Origin: Hemiscyllium ocellatum
Taxonomy: Eukaryota
Length of the DNA: 64,000 nt
Assembly: GCF_020745735.1 (NCBI RefSeq)
Contig: NC_083407.1
Coordinates: 84,311,857 to 84,375,856 of the forward strand
Direction of reading: 5' to 3'
Shown piece after piece: positions 1 to 10,949 of this stretch (position 1 is its first letter; each line of letters begins with the position of its first letter). A program made the translations under genes and the position numbers. The notes under the pieces are model-generated. The model was not told the DNA's origin. It was given only the letters and a program-made list of their open reading frames with translations, and made no database searches.

Positions 1-299
1 TACCAGACTCATGTCAAAGAACCCTAATTTTTATATCAACAGGAATCACTGGTGATGAGACTGGGTAAGGCATGACCTCACTTAAAGCTATTACCACCTC
101 ATTAACATAGGTAAGGGAACCAAAATTGACCCCAAATAATTTATTTTTAAATTAATAAGCACTAAATAGAAATTAACATTAAGACAGCCTCAGCATGCTT
201 CTCAATGAAATGGAGAAAGGATCAATTATTAAACATTGCAGTTTATAATTATTCAGGAGTTAAATGCAGAAAGCATATCAAGAAAGAAAGTAAATCAAC

Positions 300-2779
300 T
301 TGCTGCATCAGCATCTGTACCCTTTATTTTCACAAAAATATACAGCATCTGAATGCTTTTAATTAAAAAAAAGTAGTTTACAATTAAGTACTTTTATACA
401 TCACTGAAGCATTCAGTAGTTCACAAAAGTCGAAAATCAAAGTATGCTTGAGGTCCAGGCTGGATTAAAATTGATTTGGATTTACTTCGTACACTTTGAC
501 AGTCTTTAAGTACATCAAAAAAAATCTTTAAATTTATACCCTCTATACTGTAGAAATATGACCAAATACATAAAATTTCCACAGACAGCTGCTTCCACCG
601 TACATTTTCATTTTCACTAGATTGTTACACATTCACTGCATAAAACAAAATATAACACTGTCACTGTATCATGATACCATACTATACCATAACAAGACAT
701 ATTGCACATGCTAAAGCATATAAGTCAACAAGATTACCAAATGGAGGATTATAGGTGTTTTAAATGGATGGACCACTGCATCAGCTTCCCGAAATAATTG
801 TTTTTATGGTTTTAAAATACACAGATGGTCAAATTTGTAAATGCCCTTTTCCAAATAGAATCAATTTCAAAGCTAAATTGCAAGACCTACAAGCAATCTA
901 TAACACTGCAAAAACAATCCATGATGGTTTAATGAACAAAGCACTCTTCAATCAGATGTTTTAAACCTTTAAAAAGAAAATTTTACATTCATTGTAAATT
1001 CAAAATTTAATTAACATTATTGCTTGGATATTAATTAGCAAAGTTCTAGAAGATATTTGGAAACCATCTGGAAAGTACTCATGGGGAGAAAGGCACTAAC
1101 TATTTTATAAAGCAACAAAAACAAAATAGTATTTGATATCAACCCAAGTGAAAGCATTTGCTACAAAGATTGCCAATCACAATGTAATGGATCTCAAAGT
1201 TCCAGTATTTATTTTGTCAGGTCTTTTTCTATGTTTATATTAAAAACTATAAAAAGTTGAAAAGTATATAATTAACTGCTCAAATTGTGCACTTAAAAAT
1301 GTATTAATTTTATATCCCACTGATTCAAACAAGTCAACTCGAAATACACGAACAAAAATATATTTATAAAACAACCACAGTACAGAAGTCACCAGCTGAT
1401 TTCATTTCAGTAAATAAAATAGAGAAGTAAATGGGTTCAAAATGATACTGTGGCTGTAAGCCTTTACTAAAGTTAGTTAACAAAACACCAGTCTTCTCGA
1501 GACACGGCTATCACTTTTGGCATTTTCCTTCAATTTCAGTGCTTTAATATGATATGGTACTTAATTGCGTTAAAGCAATTTCATATCAGAGGTCTCTTGA
1601 AATTTATCTGCATGGACAGTTATATACAGTACTACTGTAACAAGATAATTAAGGTTTCTTGTAAGTTTTTCAGTGCTTTTAGTCAAAATAGCAAGGTTGC
1701 AGTAAATGTTCAGCCACCTCATACAGCAATGTAATTGTTTTCAAATGAGGTTTTGTAATTTCTGAAGCTTTATTTTGCTGATTTCTAATCTAACAATATC
1801 TGATTTCACTTATGTGAAATGCATTTTTTGTATTTTGAATACTGCATTGTTTACTGAAACAGGCTACTTCAATGTAGCTGTGAAAATATTATGACTAAAA
1901 AAAGGCTTTTAAGTTTAAAAAAACGAAAACAGTCAATCCCAATCTGTAGCATGTTTGGTCCATTTGACATCACTGGCCAGACACAAAAAGAACTTGTCAT
2001 TCCACCTGCAGTGTTCCTGTCACAGGTGAAAGAACGTGTCCATTTAACATATTAAGCTTTGGCAGATGAAGCAGATTTCATCAGAACTGTTCTTTGTGGC
2101 AGTTACTGTCTTCATCCTACAGATGGGTAGATTTAAACAAAATTGCTATACATTTTTAAAGGCTGCCAAAGGAGGCGGTATTAAAAAAAAGGTATGAAAT
2201 ACTATATTTCTGCTAACAGAACAGTCACCTAAAATCACTGGTACATTTAAAATAAAAGGGTGCCATCAAGTTTTCTTCTAACTTATGAATACTTGACACT
2301 GCAACCTGGGACAGGTCATTCATAGTTTATCAGTAGTTAATGGCTCAGGTGTCTGGTTTATTTCTAACAACTCTTATCACAAGTTTTTAAACTGGAAGTG
2401 CAAAATGCATGCTTGTGCTAATTTGTCAAAGTTATACTATCTCATTGTAGGGCAAGCAATTTGGCATGGAACAACATAGTCATAACAAAGCCCAAAAATT
2501 TCCACAGGTACTGCATGTACCACAAATTTGCATACAATGTCCCAGAGACCGTGAAAACACCAACCTCTGGCAGATTTGAGCATTAGCAAATCATGTGCCC
2601 TACTCAATAGTCCTCAATTAATCAATACTCCAAGATTCTGCTTTCCTCTTAAATCCTGTAAGAAAAGTGCCTTCAAATAAGTGCTTTTTAAATAAGCAGT
2701 AATTGAGTGGTCATCTGTAATCTTCTATTGAACAACAAATTAAGACTTTTCCTGTGCATGTTAAGCTTTCTAAAATCAA
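300..2779 (-). other. ANKRD44: Probable ANKRD44 3' UTR (~2.5 kb)
   Basis: AT-rich and free of recognisable repeats directly after the stop codon, unlike the introns; ends near an AATAAA signal. Confidence 0.6.
323..328 (-). terminator. Candidate polyadenylation signal AATAAA
   Basis: tttatt at 323-328, followed on the minus strand by a U-rich tract (TTTACTTTCTTTCTTG, ~280-295). Further AATAAA at 1208-1213 and ~1768-1773 could be proximal sites. Confidence 0.55.
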
Positions 2780-3060
2780 TCAGAATGTCTCAGAGTCCGA
2801 ATCATTTTCATCATCATCTTCCTGACCTCTATCCATTTTTCCTACACAGTTATACAACTGTTTGTTGAAAGAATTTATGTTGCTACCCGTATTAGGGAAA
2901 TCATAGGATAGAGGGGTGTTCAAACTATCATTTTTTGTTAGACTGATGCTGAAGGACGTCATTGTGCTGGTAGGACAGAAAGGCATCATGGTAGCCAAAA
3001 TGAGTGCCAGACAGTCAGCCACATCTTTGTTAGGAGCACAAGCCAAGGCTGGGGTGTGAC
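2780..3060 (-). CDS. ANKRD44: ANKRD44 last coding exon ([26 protein letters not shown]...ENDSDSETF*)
   Basis: Acceptor ttttgtgcccag|GT CAC ACC at 3061/3060; TGA at 2780-2782; phase 1 matches the previous exon. Confidence 0.95.
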
Positions 3061-3274
3061 CTGGGCACAAAAGCAGACAAGGGAATGGTTAGTATATGAG
3101 TCTTTTGCAGAAACGAAAAAGGAGTTAAGACAGTTCTTTTCAAAAGATATGTTTTTATTGTTTAAGTCATGCCAAAGTTGAGTGTTTTTAGTTAGACTTT
3201 TAGAAGTATTGTACTATTCAATTGTTACTTCTGGTAGGGTATTGAATAAACCGAGAGCAGCAACTGATACATAC

Positions 3275-3366
3275 CATTTTCATCCACAGCAAGAACACTT
3301 GCACCTTTGCTTAGCAAATTATGCACAACCTTTTTAAGTCCATTCCGTGCGGCTATGTGAAGTGGT
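3275..3366 (-). CDS. ANKRD44: ANKRD44 exon ([30 protein letters not shown])
   Basis: 92 bp; acceptor actttcag, donor gtatgt; phases 2/1; ankyrin motif. Confidence 0.95.
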
Positions 3367-4230
3367 CTGAAAGTACATATTTAAAATACAAGTTACCATA
3401 GACTCAAAAATCAACAGAGTTACCAATAAAGATTGGCCAACTTTATATTTATCCAACCTCATAGCTGGGTGGTGCTCATATCACAGTGATAAAAAGCCAC
3501 ATTTGATTTAACAAAAGGTTCAGATAATTGCTTATTTAAGTGCCATGTCAACCCACAGATGAATTTGGGTAAAAATGTACATTTAAAACAACCTTGATCA
3601 GCAAAGCAACAATAAAATTGAGTAGGAGAACCAAGTTCAGTTCAGACAAATCTACAAGTTATTAGAACTGAGCAAATATACGATGAAAATTAGGATGTTC
3701 ATACAAGCAGATTCAGAAAAAATGTTGTTAAAAAAGAAAAAGGCCTTGACATCCAAGAAAAAGAAGCTGGAAAGCAGAAGTAAAGAATTTAAGATGATAA
3801 GCTAGGAATGATGTTTCACAGGGTTTCAGTCTCTAATAGATGGTGTTGGTAAACAGATTACAAACTTTGTATTAAACCTGTTCAAAGATGTTATTACACA
3901 CCTTTGAAGCAAGTGGAACTTGAATCCAGGCCTCCTGGAGGAGCGGTAAGGGACACGACCACTGCACAAAAACCTACTTAGAATCATGAAATCTCTCGTG
4001 TGAAAGTGGGCCATTTGACCCATTGAGCCGACAGTGACCCTCCCATGAGTATACCACCCAGACCCAGTTTCACCACCCACCCCCGCTTCAGACATGTCCC
4101 CTTTCAGTTGACCTTATTTAAGCCCTTAACAAGCCTCATGTACATAGGTAGCCTCGTGGTCACTGTTTCACCTCTGCAAAAATAACCTGAAGACAAACAA
4201 ATGGGGGAACTAAGTGTTAAAACAAGCTCT

Positions 4231-6632
4231 TGGAGATCCAAGATGGTGGCGACTCAGCAAGTCTGAGTCTATAGTGCTCTTCCAAGATCTAGGCAAAGTG
4301 GGCCACCCTCCTCCACCACACTCACCAAATCATTTAAAATAGTTTTTACTTAATGTAATTAGTGGTTCAGTGCTAAATTTAAACAGTTCAGTCTCCTGTA
4401 AAAATGACTAGGGGAAAGGAGCCCGCAGCTCTCAGCAGGCAGGAGCCCCTCCCCTACCCTCCCCAGCCGCAGCAGAGGCTTCCACAGCCGCCCCCGGGGG
4501 GCTTACCTACGGTGGCGAGCTTTGCAGAAATAATCTCTAAACTCAATGCGAAGAACGATGCTTTCATTGAAGAGTCCCGAAGTCGATGGAATTCATTCTC
4601 GGCCGCGCTACAAAAGTACGGCTGAGACATCAAAGAAATTGAGTGCAGAGTTGGAGGGGCGGAGCTAAAGGCCACGACCTCCGAGGCTATTACAAAAATG
4701 AGGTCGTCGAAAAAATATTTGTTTGCTGGGCCTTCCCGAACGGTAAGAAGGAGGCCAGCATACAAGGTTCCTTGAACAGTGCCTTTAAATCTGGAGGCAG
4801 GATCAGGCCAGGTAAGGATGGAATGGGCCTATCGGGTGGCAATACGCGGGCCCGACTCGAACCAGTGCCCCCCCGCCCGGTCCTGTTCCGGCTGCAGAGC
4901 TATAAGGTGAGGCAGATGCTCTTGGAAGCCTCCGGAAATCTTGGGAAAGATCCCCAAGCCATGACTTATAAAGGATCCAAGATTATGTTATTTCAGGACT
5001 TCTCCCCAGCTCTGGTCCGAAAGAGGAAGGCGTTTGATGAAGCGAAGAAGTCTTTAAGGGATTTAAACATTCAATACTCCTTGCGCTACCCAGCTACTCT
5101 ACGCTTCAGCCATGAAGGGTCGGTGTATAACTTCGGATCACCGGAGAAGGCCAAGGAAATTTTGGACTCTCTGAGATAAATTATAAGAGTTAATTGATGT
5201 TGTTTTGTCCTACCCCCACCTCGGTTTACCCCCTTTTTTTTCCTTTCATTACCTTACTGTTTAATATTATCTCTGGGGAGTGGGAAGAAGTGTTTATTTA
5301 TTCATTCTTTACTAGCGATTTTCTTTCCCTTTTTTTTAAATATAGGCCAGGGGGTCTAGTTAAAGTAGATGGGGAGGAAGGTGGCTACCTTATCCTATTT
5401 TATCTTTGTCCTTGGGAACGGGGTTGTTTTCCCCTGTTATTTTGTATTACTATACTTAATTATTATTTGCTGAGACTGTAATTTTATGTTCATATATGGT
5501 ATTAACATTACCAAATATATCCAGGTGATGTTGTGGGAGATAGGGTACTCATTGTTAGTTCTAGTTTAGTAGTATACTTGAATTTTCTTTATCCTATCGT
5601 GGGGTGCCTAGGTCAAGGGTGGGGCACTGGTTGGGAGAGGTTATGATGGGTTTTTTGGAAAGGAAGTGATGTCCCCTGGGAATAAGGGGGAAGATCTCCA
5701 TTTAAATACGTTTTATACTTTTTTTATTATTTAGAAATTTTTTTTGTTATACTGATCTAAATGAATGAAAGAGCTTTTATTTTTGTGAATTTTATATGCT
5801 CTATGCTCGGGATGTTTTGGATAGGGTTTCTTTTCAGGGGGGTCTCAGACTTGCCCGGTGATTATGGATGGTCGGTCGATTAAATGATGCACTTGGAATG
5901 TCAATTTACCAATCAAAAGGAGGAGAATATTATCAAACCTCAAGAAAGAGAGGATTGATATAGCTCTCCTATAGGAGACACATTTTTGGATCAAGAACAC
6001 CTGAAGTTACAACAGGGAAGAGATTATTTTCCGTTTTTTCTGCGCAGGGAAAAACATTGTGATAAACTAGGTGGTTGCGGGCCTTCATGGACTTTCAAGT
6101 TGGCACAGAATAATTATGGAATATACTCCCCCCGACTTCCTTACAAATATGGTGCACCAGGAGAAAAATCAAATTATTTCATAAAATATGGCAGCCCTTC
6201 TTGAATTACACAAATACAGATATCTCGGTCATCCTACAAGGGCCTTTATTTAATTGAGAGGGTGAATCTGGCTGGTCCGGGGCCCCTGGGAGAGGAATCC
6301 CACACGAATATGGGTTTTGTTGTGATCTGATGTTAACCCATTCCGAGCATGTATATCACTGCTCAATTTCTGTGTTATCTGTTGGGTTTTTCTTTCTCTT
6401 GAATAATGCAAGAATTTTAATCATACACTCTGGTTAGTTGTAAGTTAGATGAGTAGTTAGTTGAGTTTTTTTTTCTCGTTATTTCTTTTTTATTGTTTGA
6501 TAGATTTTGGTTATTATTTATTTAAGATTTAACTGTATATCAATGTTTATACTTGGGTTTTTTTTAAGTTTTCTTTAGTAAACTTGTAAAAACATGTTAA
6601 ATTTTCAATAAAAATATCTATTAAAAAAAAAG
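4231..6632 (+). mobile_element. L1-clade LINE, 5'-intact, internally deleted (ORF1 + short ORF2 ends), with TSD
   Basis: Starts GGAGATCCAAGATGGTGGCG. Degenerate ORF1 4404-5179 (IMLFQDFSPALVRKRKAF...YSLRYPATLR). ORF2 endonuclease start (TWNV, DIALL*ETH) is fused at ~6016 to the ORF2 C-terminus. AATAAA plus poly(A); TSD caagctct at 4223-4230 and 6633-6640. Confidence 0.9.
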
Positions 6633-6949
6633 CAAGCTCTCATGGGGATGAAAATCTGGGACTATAATTATCAAAAATTATTGTTGATATACCAGAACAA
6701 TCGCAACAAGGTTACAGACCTGCATCTCAGACACCTGATTTAAAAATTCAGAGAACGTTTGAATTCAATTTAAAGAAAACAGTATTTTAAAAAGGAGCTG
6801 GTGACAGTAAAAGTAAATCATTAAAACTATTAGATCATAAAAATTTCATTAGTTCATTAAGGTCTTCGGGGAAAAGAAACCTGGCAGACTTCCTGAGCCT
6901 AGCCAACAGCATTGGCTGCATCATTATGGCTGAATAATCAAGAAAGAAC

Positions 6950-7140
6950 GTGGAATCCTTCCAGTTTGGAAGCAGGCCATTCGGTCCATCGAGTCACACA
7001 GACACTCTGAAGAACATCTCATCCAGACTCCCTCCCTTCTCTTTCCCTATAACCCTGCATTTCCCATGGCTACGCCACCCAGCATGCCCATCTCCTGGAG
7101 ACTATGGGTAATTTAGCACAGCCAATCCACCTATCAACCA
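6950..7140 (-). mobile_element. HE1/V-SINE 3' fragment
   Basis: Reverse complement of the SINE 3' half (ggtggattggctgtgctaaattaccc...gaatggcctgcttcc). Confidence 0.7.
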
Positions 7141-7840
7141 ACTAGCCAATCTAGAAGGATCATTCAGCTTGGACGTACACACTGAATCAGTGCGTGGCAT
7201 CCAACAGAATTAACTTGCAAAGTTCTCTTCAACTTTTCAAATATTATTTTGAAGATGTGGCATTCCCGGCCAGACCAAAATGTATAATCTTCTTGAATTA
7301 CTCCCAAGAAAGTGAATGACAGCCATATTCTTGAACCGTCACAGTTAATGCGATAGCTAAGTGCACCTGCAGTCCTGTTTGAGAAGTGGTTCCAGAATTT
7401 TGACTTAGCGAACGATAACAGAGGAGATGCAACACAGCTCCAAGTCTGAATTGTGTGCAACTTGGAGGACAGCTTACAGATTGTGAAATTCTCAGGCAAC
7501 AACATTCAAGCTCATCACCATTCAGGTGAAATTAGTAAACTTAATCAGTAATTCATGCACCACATTAAATATTAGCCTTCTTCACTATCAACTTGAATGC
7601 ATTACATACCATTTCCAGGATTTTAAGGCTTCTTCCACAGTTCAAAGTATCATAACCTCTACCTCTTAGAAAGAGGATGGCAGCCAAAACATAGTAACCT
7701 ATCACTATCCATGTTTCCTCTCCACCCACTATCCTGATTTGAACCTATTTCACCATTCTTTCTTCAGCTGCATGTTGATGTCCTGAGACTTTCCAGAAAA
7801 CAGCAATATGGATACAACTTCACCAGGCAAACTTAATAGT

Positions 7841-8905
7841 CGAGTGTGTGGTGCTGGAAAAAAAAACAGCAGGTCAGGCAGCATCTGAGGAGCAGGTGAA
7901 TCGACATTTCGGGTAAAAGCCCTTCCTCAGGAATGAGGCAGAGTACCGAGGAGGCGGAGACATAAACAGGAGGGGGGTGGGGCTGTGGAGAAGATAGTTG
8001 AGAGTGCGATAGATAGATGAAGGTGGAGTAATGGTGATAGGTGGGAAGGAAGATGGACAGGTAGGACAGGTCATGAGGGTGGTGCCAAGTTGGAAGGTTG
8101 GATCTGGGATAAGTTGGGAGCTGGGGAAATGAGGGAACTGGTGAAATCCACATAGATCCCGTGTGGTTGGAGGGTCCCTAGGCATTGGTTGGTTAGGGAG
8201 TGGCGATTGAGGTGGCCTAGGATCTGCATATCCATGGCGATGTGGGAGGCGGAGTTGAAGTGTTTGGCTACAGGAAGGTGGGGTTGGTTGGTGCATGCAT
8301 CCCAGAGATGTTCTCTGAAGCGCCCTGCAAGTAGGCATCCTGTCTCCCCAAGGTAGAGGAGACCACATCGGGAGCAATGGATACAGTAAATGATGTGTAT
8401 GGAAGTGCAGGAAAAACTCTGGTGGGCATGGAAGGCTCCTTTGAGGCCTTGGACGGAGGGGAGGAGGGGGGATGTGTGGGTGCAGGTTTTGCAATTCCTG
8501 CGGTAGCAGGTGAAGGTGGCGGGAAGGGAGAGTGAGTTGGTGGGGAGCATGGACCTGACAAAGGAGTCGTGGAGGGAATGGTCTTTACAGAAATCAGATA
8601 GGGTGGGGAGGGAAATATCTTTCTGGTGGTGGGATCCATTCGTAGGTGGCGGAAATGACAGAGGATGATGTGATGTAGATGGAGGTTGGTGGAATGGAAG
8701 GTGAGGACTATGTGGGTTCTGTCCTTGTTGCGATTGGAGGGGTTGGACTCAAGGGCAGAGGTGCGGGAAACGTATGAGATGCACTGGAGGGCATCCTCAA
8801 CTACGTGGGAGGAGAAATTGCAGTCTTTAATGAAGGAGACCATCATATATGTTCTGTGGTGGAACTGGTCCTCCTGGGAGCAGATGTGGCAGAGAAATTG
8901 GGAAT
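7841..8905 (-). mobile_element. Penelope-like element, 5'-truncated (RT thumb + GIY-YIG endonuclease + 3' region with hammerhead motif)
   Basis: Minus-strand ORFs give ICSQEDQFHHR, CRRNCKTC and IIYCIHCSRCGLLYLGETG..RFREH; homologous to 35132-37181. Confidence 0.9.
7899..7934 (-). ncRNA. Minimal hammerhead ribozyme motif in PLE 3' region
   Basis: Minus strand ATTC-CTGAGGA-AGGGCTTTTACCC-GAAA-T-GTC-GATT: CUGANGA and GAAA boxes intact, GUC cleavage triplet; stems II and III carry substitutions. Confidence 0.7.
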
Positions 8906-10064
8906 CCCTTTCGCCCAAATAGTTAACAGTTTAAGAATGTGGGTCTTCACCACTTTTTCAGGGGAACTATAGATGAACATGAAATGCTGACTGAGCCATC
9001 AACACAATGTCCTGAAAATCAATTTGTTTTTTAAACTGCAGCATTCAAATCAATATCATCACTGCACAATGATTTCGTTTTTCACCTCATCCTCAATCTC
9101 CATATTTACAATAGCCTGATGAAATTTTTTTTAAAAATCTATAAAAGCAACAATGTTCTAAAATAAAGAAATTCATTTACCAAAAGATTAGCAAACAACT
9201 TATATGGATACAGTACCTTCAATGTAGGAAAATGTCCCAAAGCGCTTCATGGGAATATAGTTAAATAAAGTTGGACACTGGGCTAGGTAAGACCATTAGC
9301 CTGGTTTTAAGTAGTAAGAAATATATTAAAAGGAGGGAAAAGAGGTAGAAAAGCTGAGAAGGTTAGAGGGGGAAATTGATATTTTTTGATTTGGAGGATA
9401 ATTAGGTGCGGGTCATGTCAGGGTCAAGGGGGTGTAAAGGTGATGTAATTGGGGGTCAGGTGAAGTAAGGGGTCAGTTTAATAATTACTCAGGATTTAGA
9501 CTATTTATTTAATACTCCAGTTTTTCCAAAGTAACCATTTTACTTAATTTCAGAGAATCATTCGAAGCATCCAATTTTTAGGATTCCATTCAGAGGGGTC
9601 TAAGACAGAGAGGAATTACCCAGACGGCCATTCAATTTCCCAGGCAATTTCTTCAGATTCTGCTGAGAAGGGCATTCTACAGGGTCTCAATGTGCACCCT
9701 CAATCTATGCAGGCCAGTGGAAAATCTGCCTCATGGGTTGTGCAAATCTTAAGAGTCCAGAACTTGGCACTTCATGCTCTTGTGGCACAGCAGTAGTGTC
9801 TCCACCTCTGGGTCAGAAGGCACAGGTTCAAATTGCACTTGCTCCAGAGGTCTACTATATCATCACTCAACAGACCGATTAAAAATAGCTGTAAGATTGC
9901 CACTTGCTTGTTAACTTTGTCCAACATGGAAGATTTCCCACATGCTTTAAGCACTTACCTGCATTCTGAAAATCGCCCTGGTCCCTCGACCCAATAAAAT
10001 ACTTTCTCTTGAAAACAATCACTGAAATATTTTTTCAAAGACTTATCGAAATATTCTGACTTAC

Positions 10065-10147
10065 GTTTGCAATGCATTGTTTGTTGCATTAATAAGGCTT
10101 GCACTATCCATCTTCTCGAGAATGAACAAGGCACATCTTTCATGACC
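10065..10147 (-). CDS. ANKRD44: ANKRD44 exon (GHERCALFILEKMDSASLINATNNALQT)
   Basis: 83 bp; acceptor tttctggcag, donor gtaagt; phases 0/2. Confidence 0.95.
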
Positions 10148-10949
10148 CTGCCAGAAACAAACATAATTCATAACATTAAGCTATACAAACTCTGCATGCA
10201 CCATAATCATGCATTTAAGCTTTATTCACTTAAAGTTTTTTTCCCACTTATTTGTTGGTTTTGAACTCCATTCTCTTCCTGTTCCACATCCCAAATAAAT
10301 TCCAGTTCCAGATGTTCAGTTCTTATGATGGAGTTCGAATTAGTTGAATCAAAAGCTTTGAAACCCCACCAGACCAGAAAACAAAATTTGATATAACACA
10401 GCCCTGCTAACAAATTATTTCTTGTATGCATCAGCCATTACATCTAATATTTTATTTCCCACAGGTGTAACAATTAAGACAGTAAATATTCTCCCAAAAG
10501 CCGCAATATCTAGCACTAGAAGGCTCTCGGGTCAATGTATATGGAGAATCAGCTGATTTTTGACTGGGACAGTATTTGTGGGCATTACATCCACCACACT
10601 CCTCATCTCGAAAAGCACAAAGTCAGATAGATTGCCATTAAAAGTTCTCAATAGTGACTCTGGCTAACAATTGTGTGTTTGGAAATTGGAAAGGAAAAAA
10701 TCAGACTTGGCCTTTATTCAGTCGAAGTCAAACTCAACTCTCTATTCAAATTCAGACATGAATAAAGTACATTTTCAGTAAGAAACTGCAGAATACAATT
10801 GTCCTATAACTCATCACATGATGAAGGAACATATTTAGAAGAAATATGCAAGGATAAGAATATTGAAGATAAGGAGAAGCTATGATATTCTAGTGTAAAA
10901 TAAAGATATATATTGCAAAAATATCTAGCATTCTAAAATATAATTTTCT

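Noticed and set aside
2780-3060. Assignment to ANKRD28 or ANKRD52
   Set aside because: The terminal ENDSDSETF and ATMMPF match ANKRD44 best from recall; a phylogeny would be decisive.
4643-5179. 178-aa ORF as a domesticated L1TD1-like gene
   Set aside because: Frameshifted ORF1 within a TSD-flanked L1 copy.
6005-6025. L1 internal deletion as a splicing event
   Set aside because: The homologous 3' side in the other copy (catgggaaaaag) has no AG acceptor at the junction; microhomology fits better.
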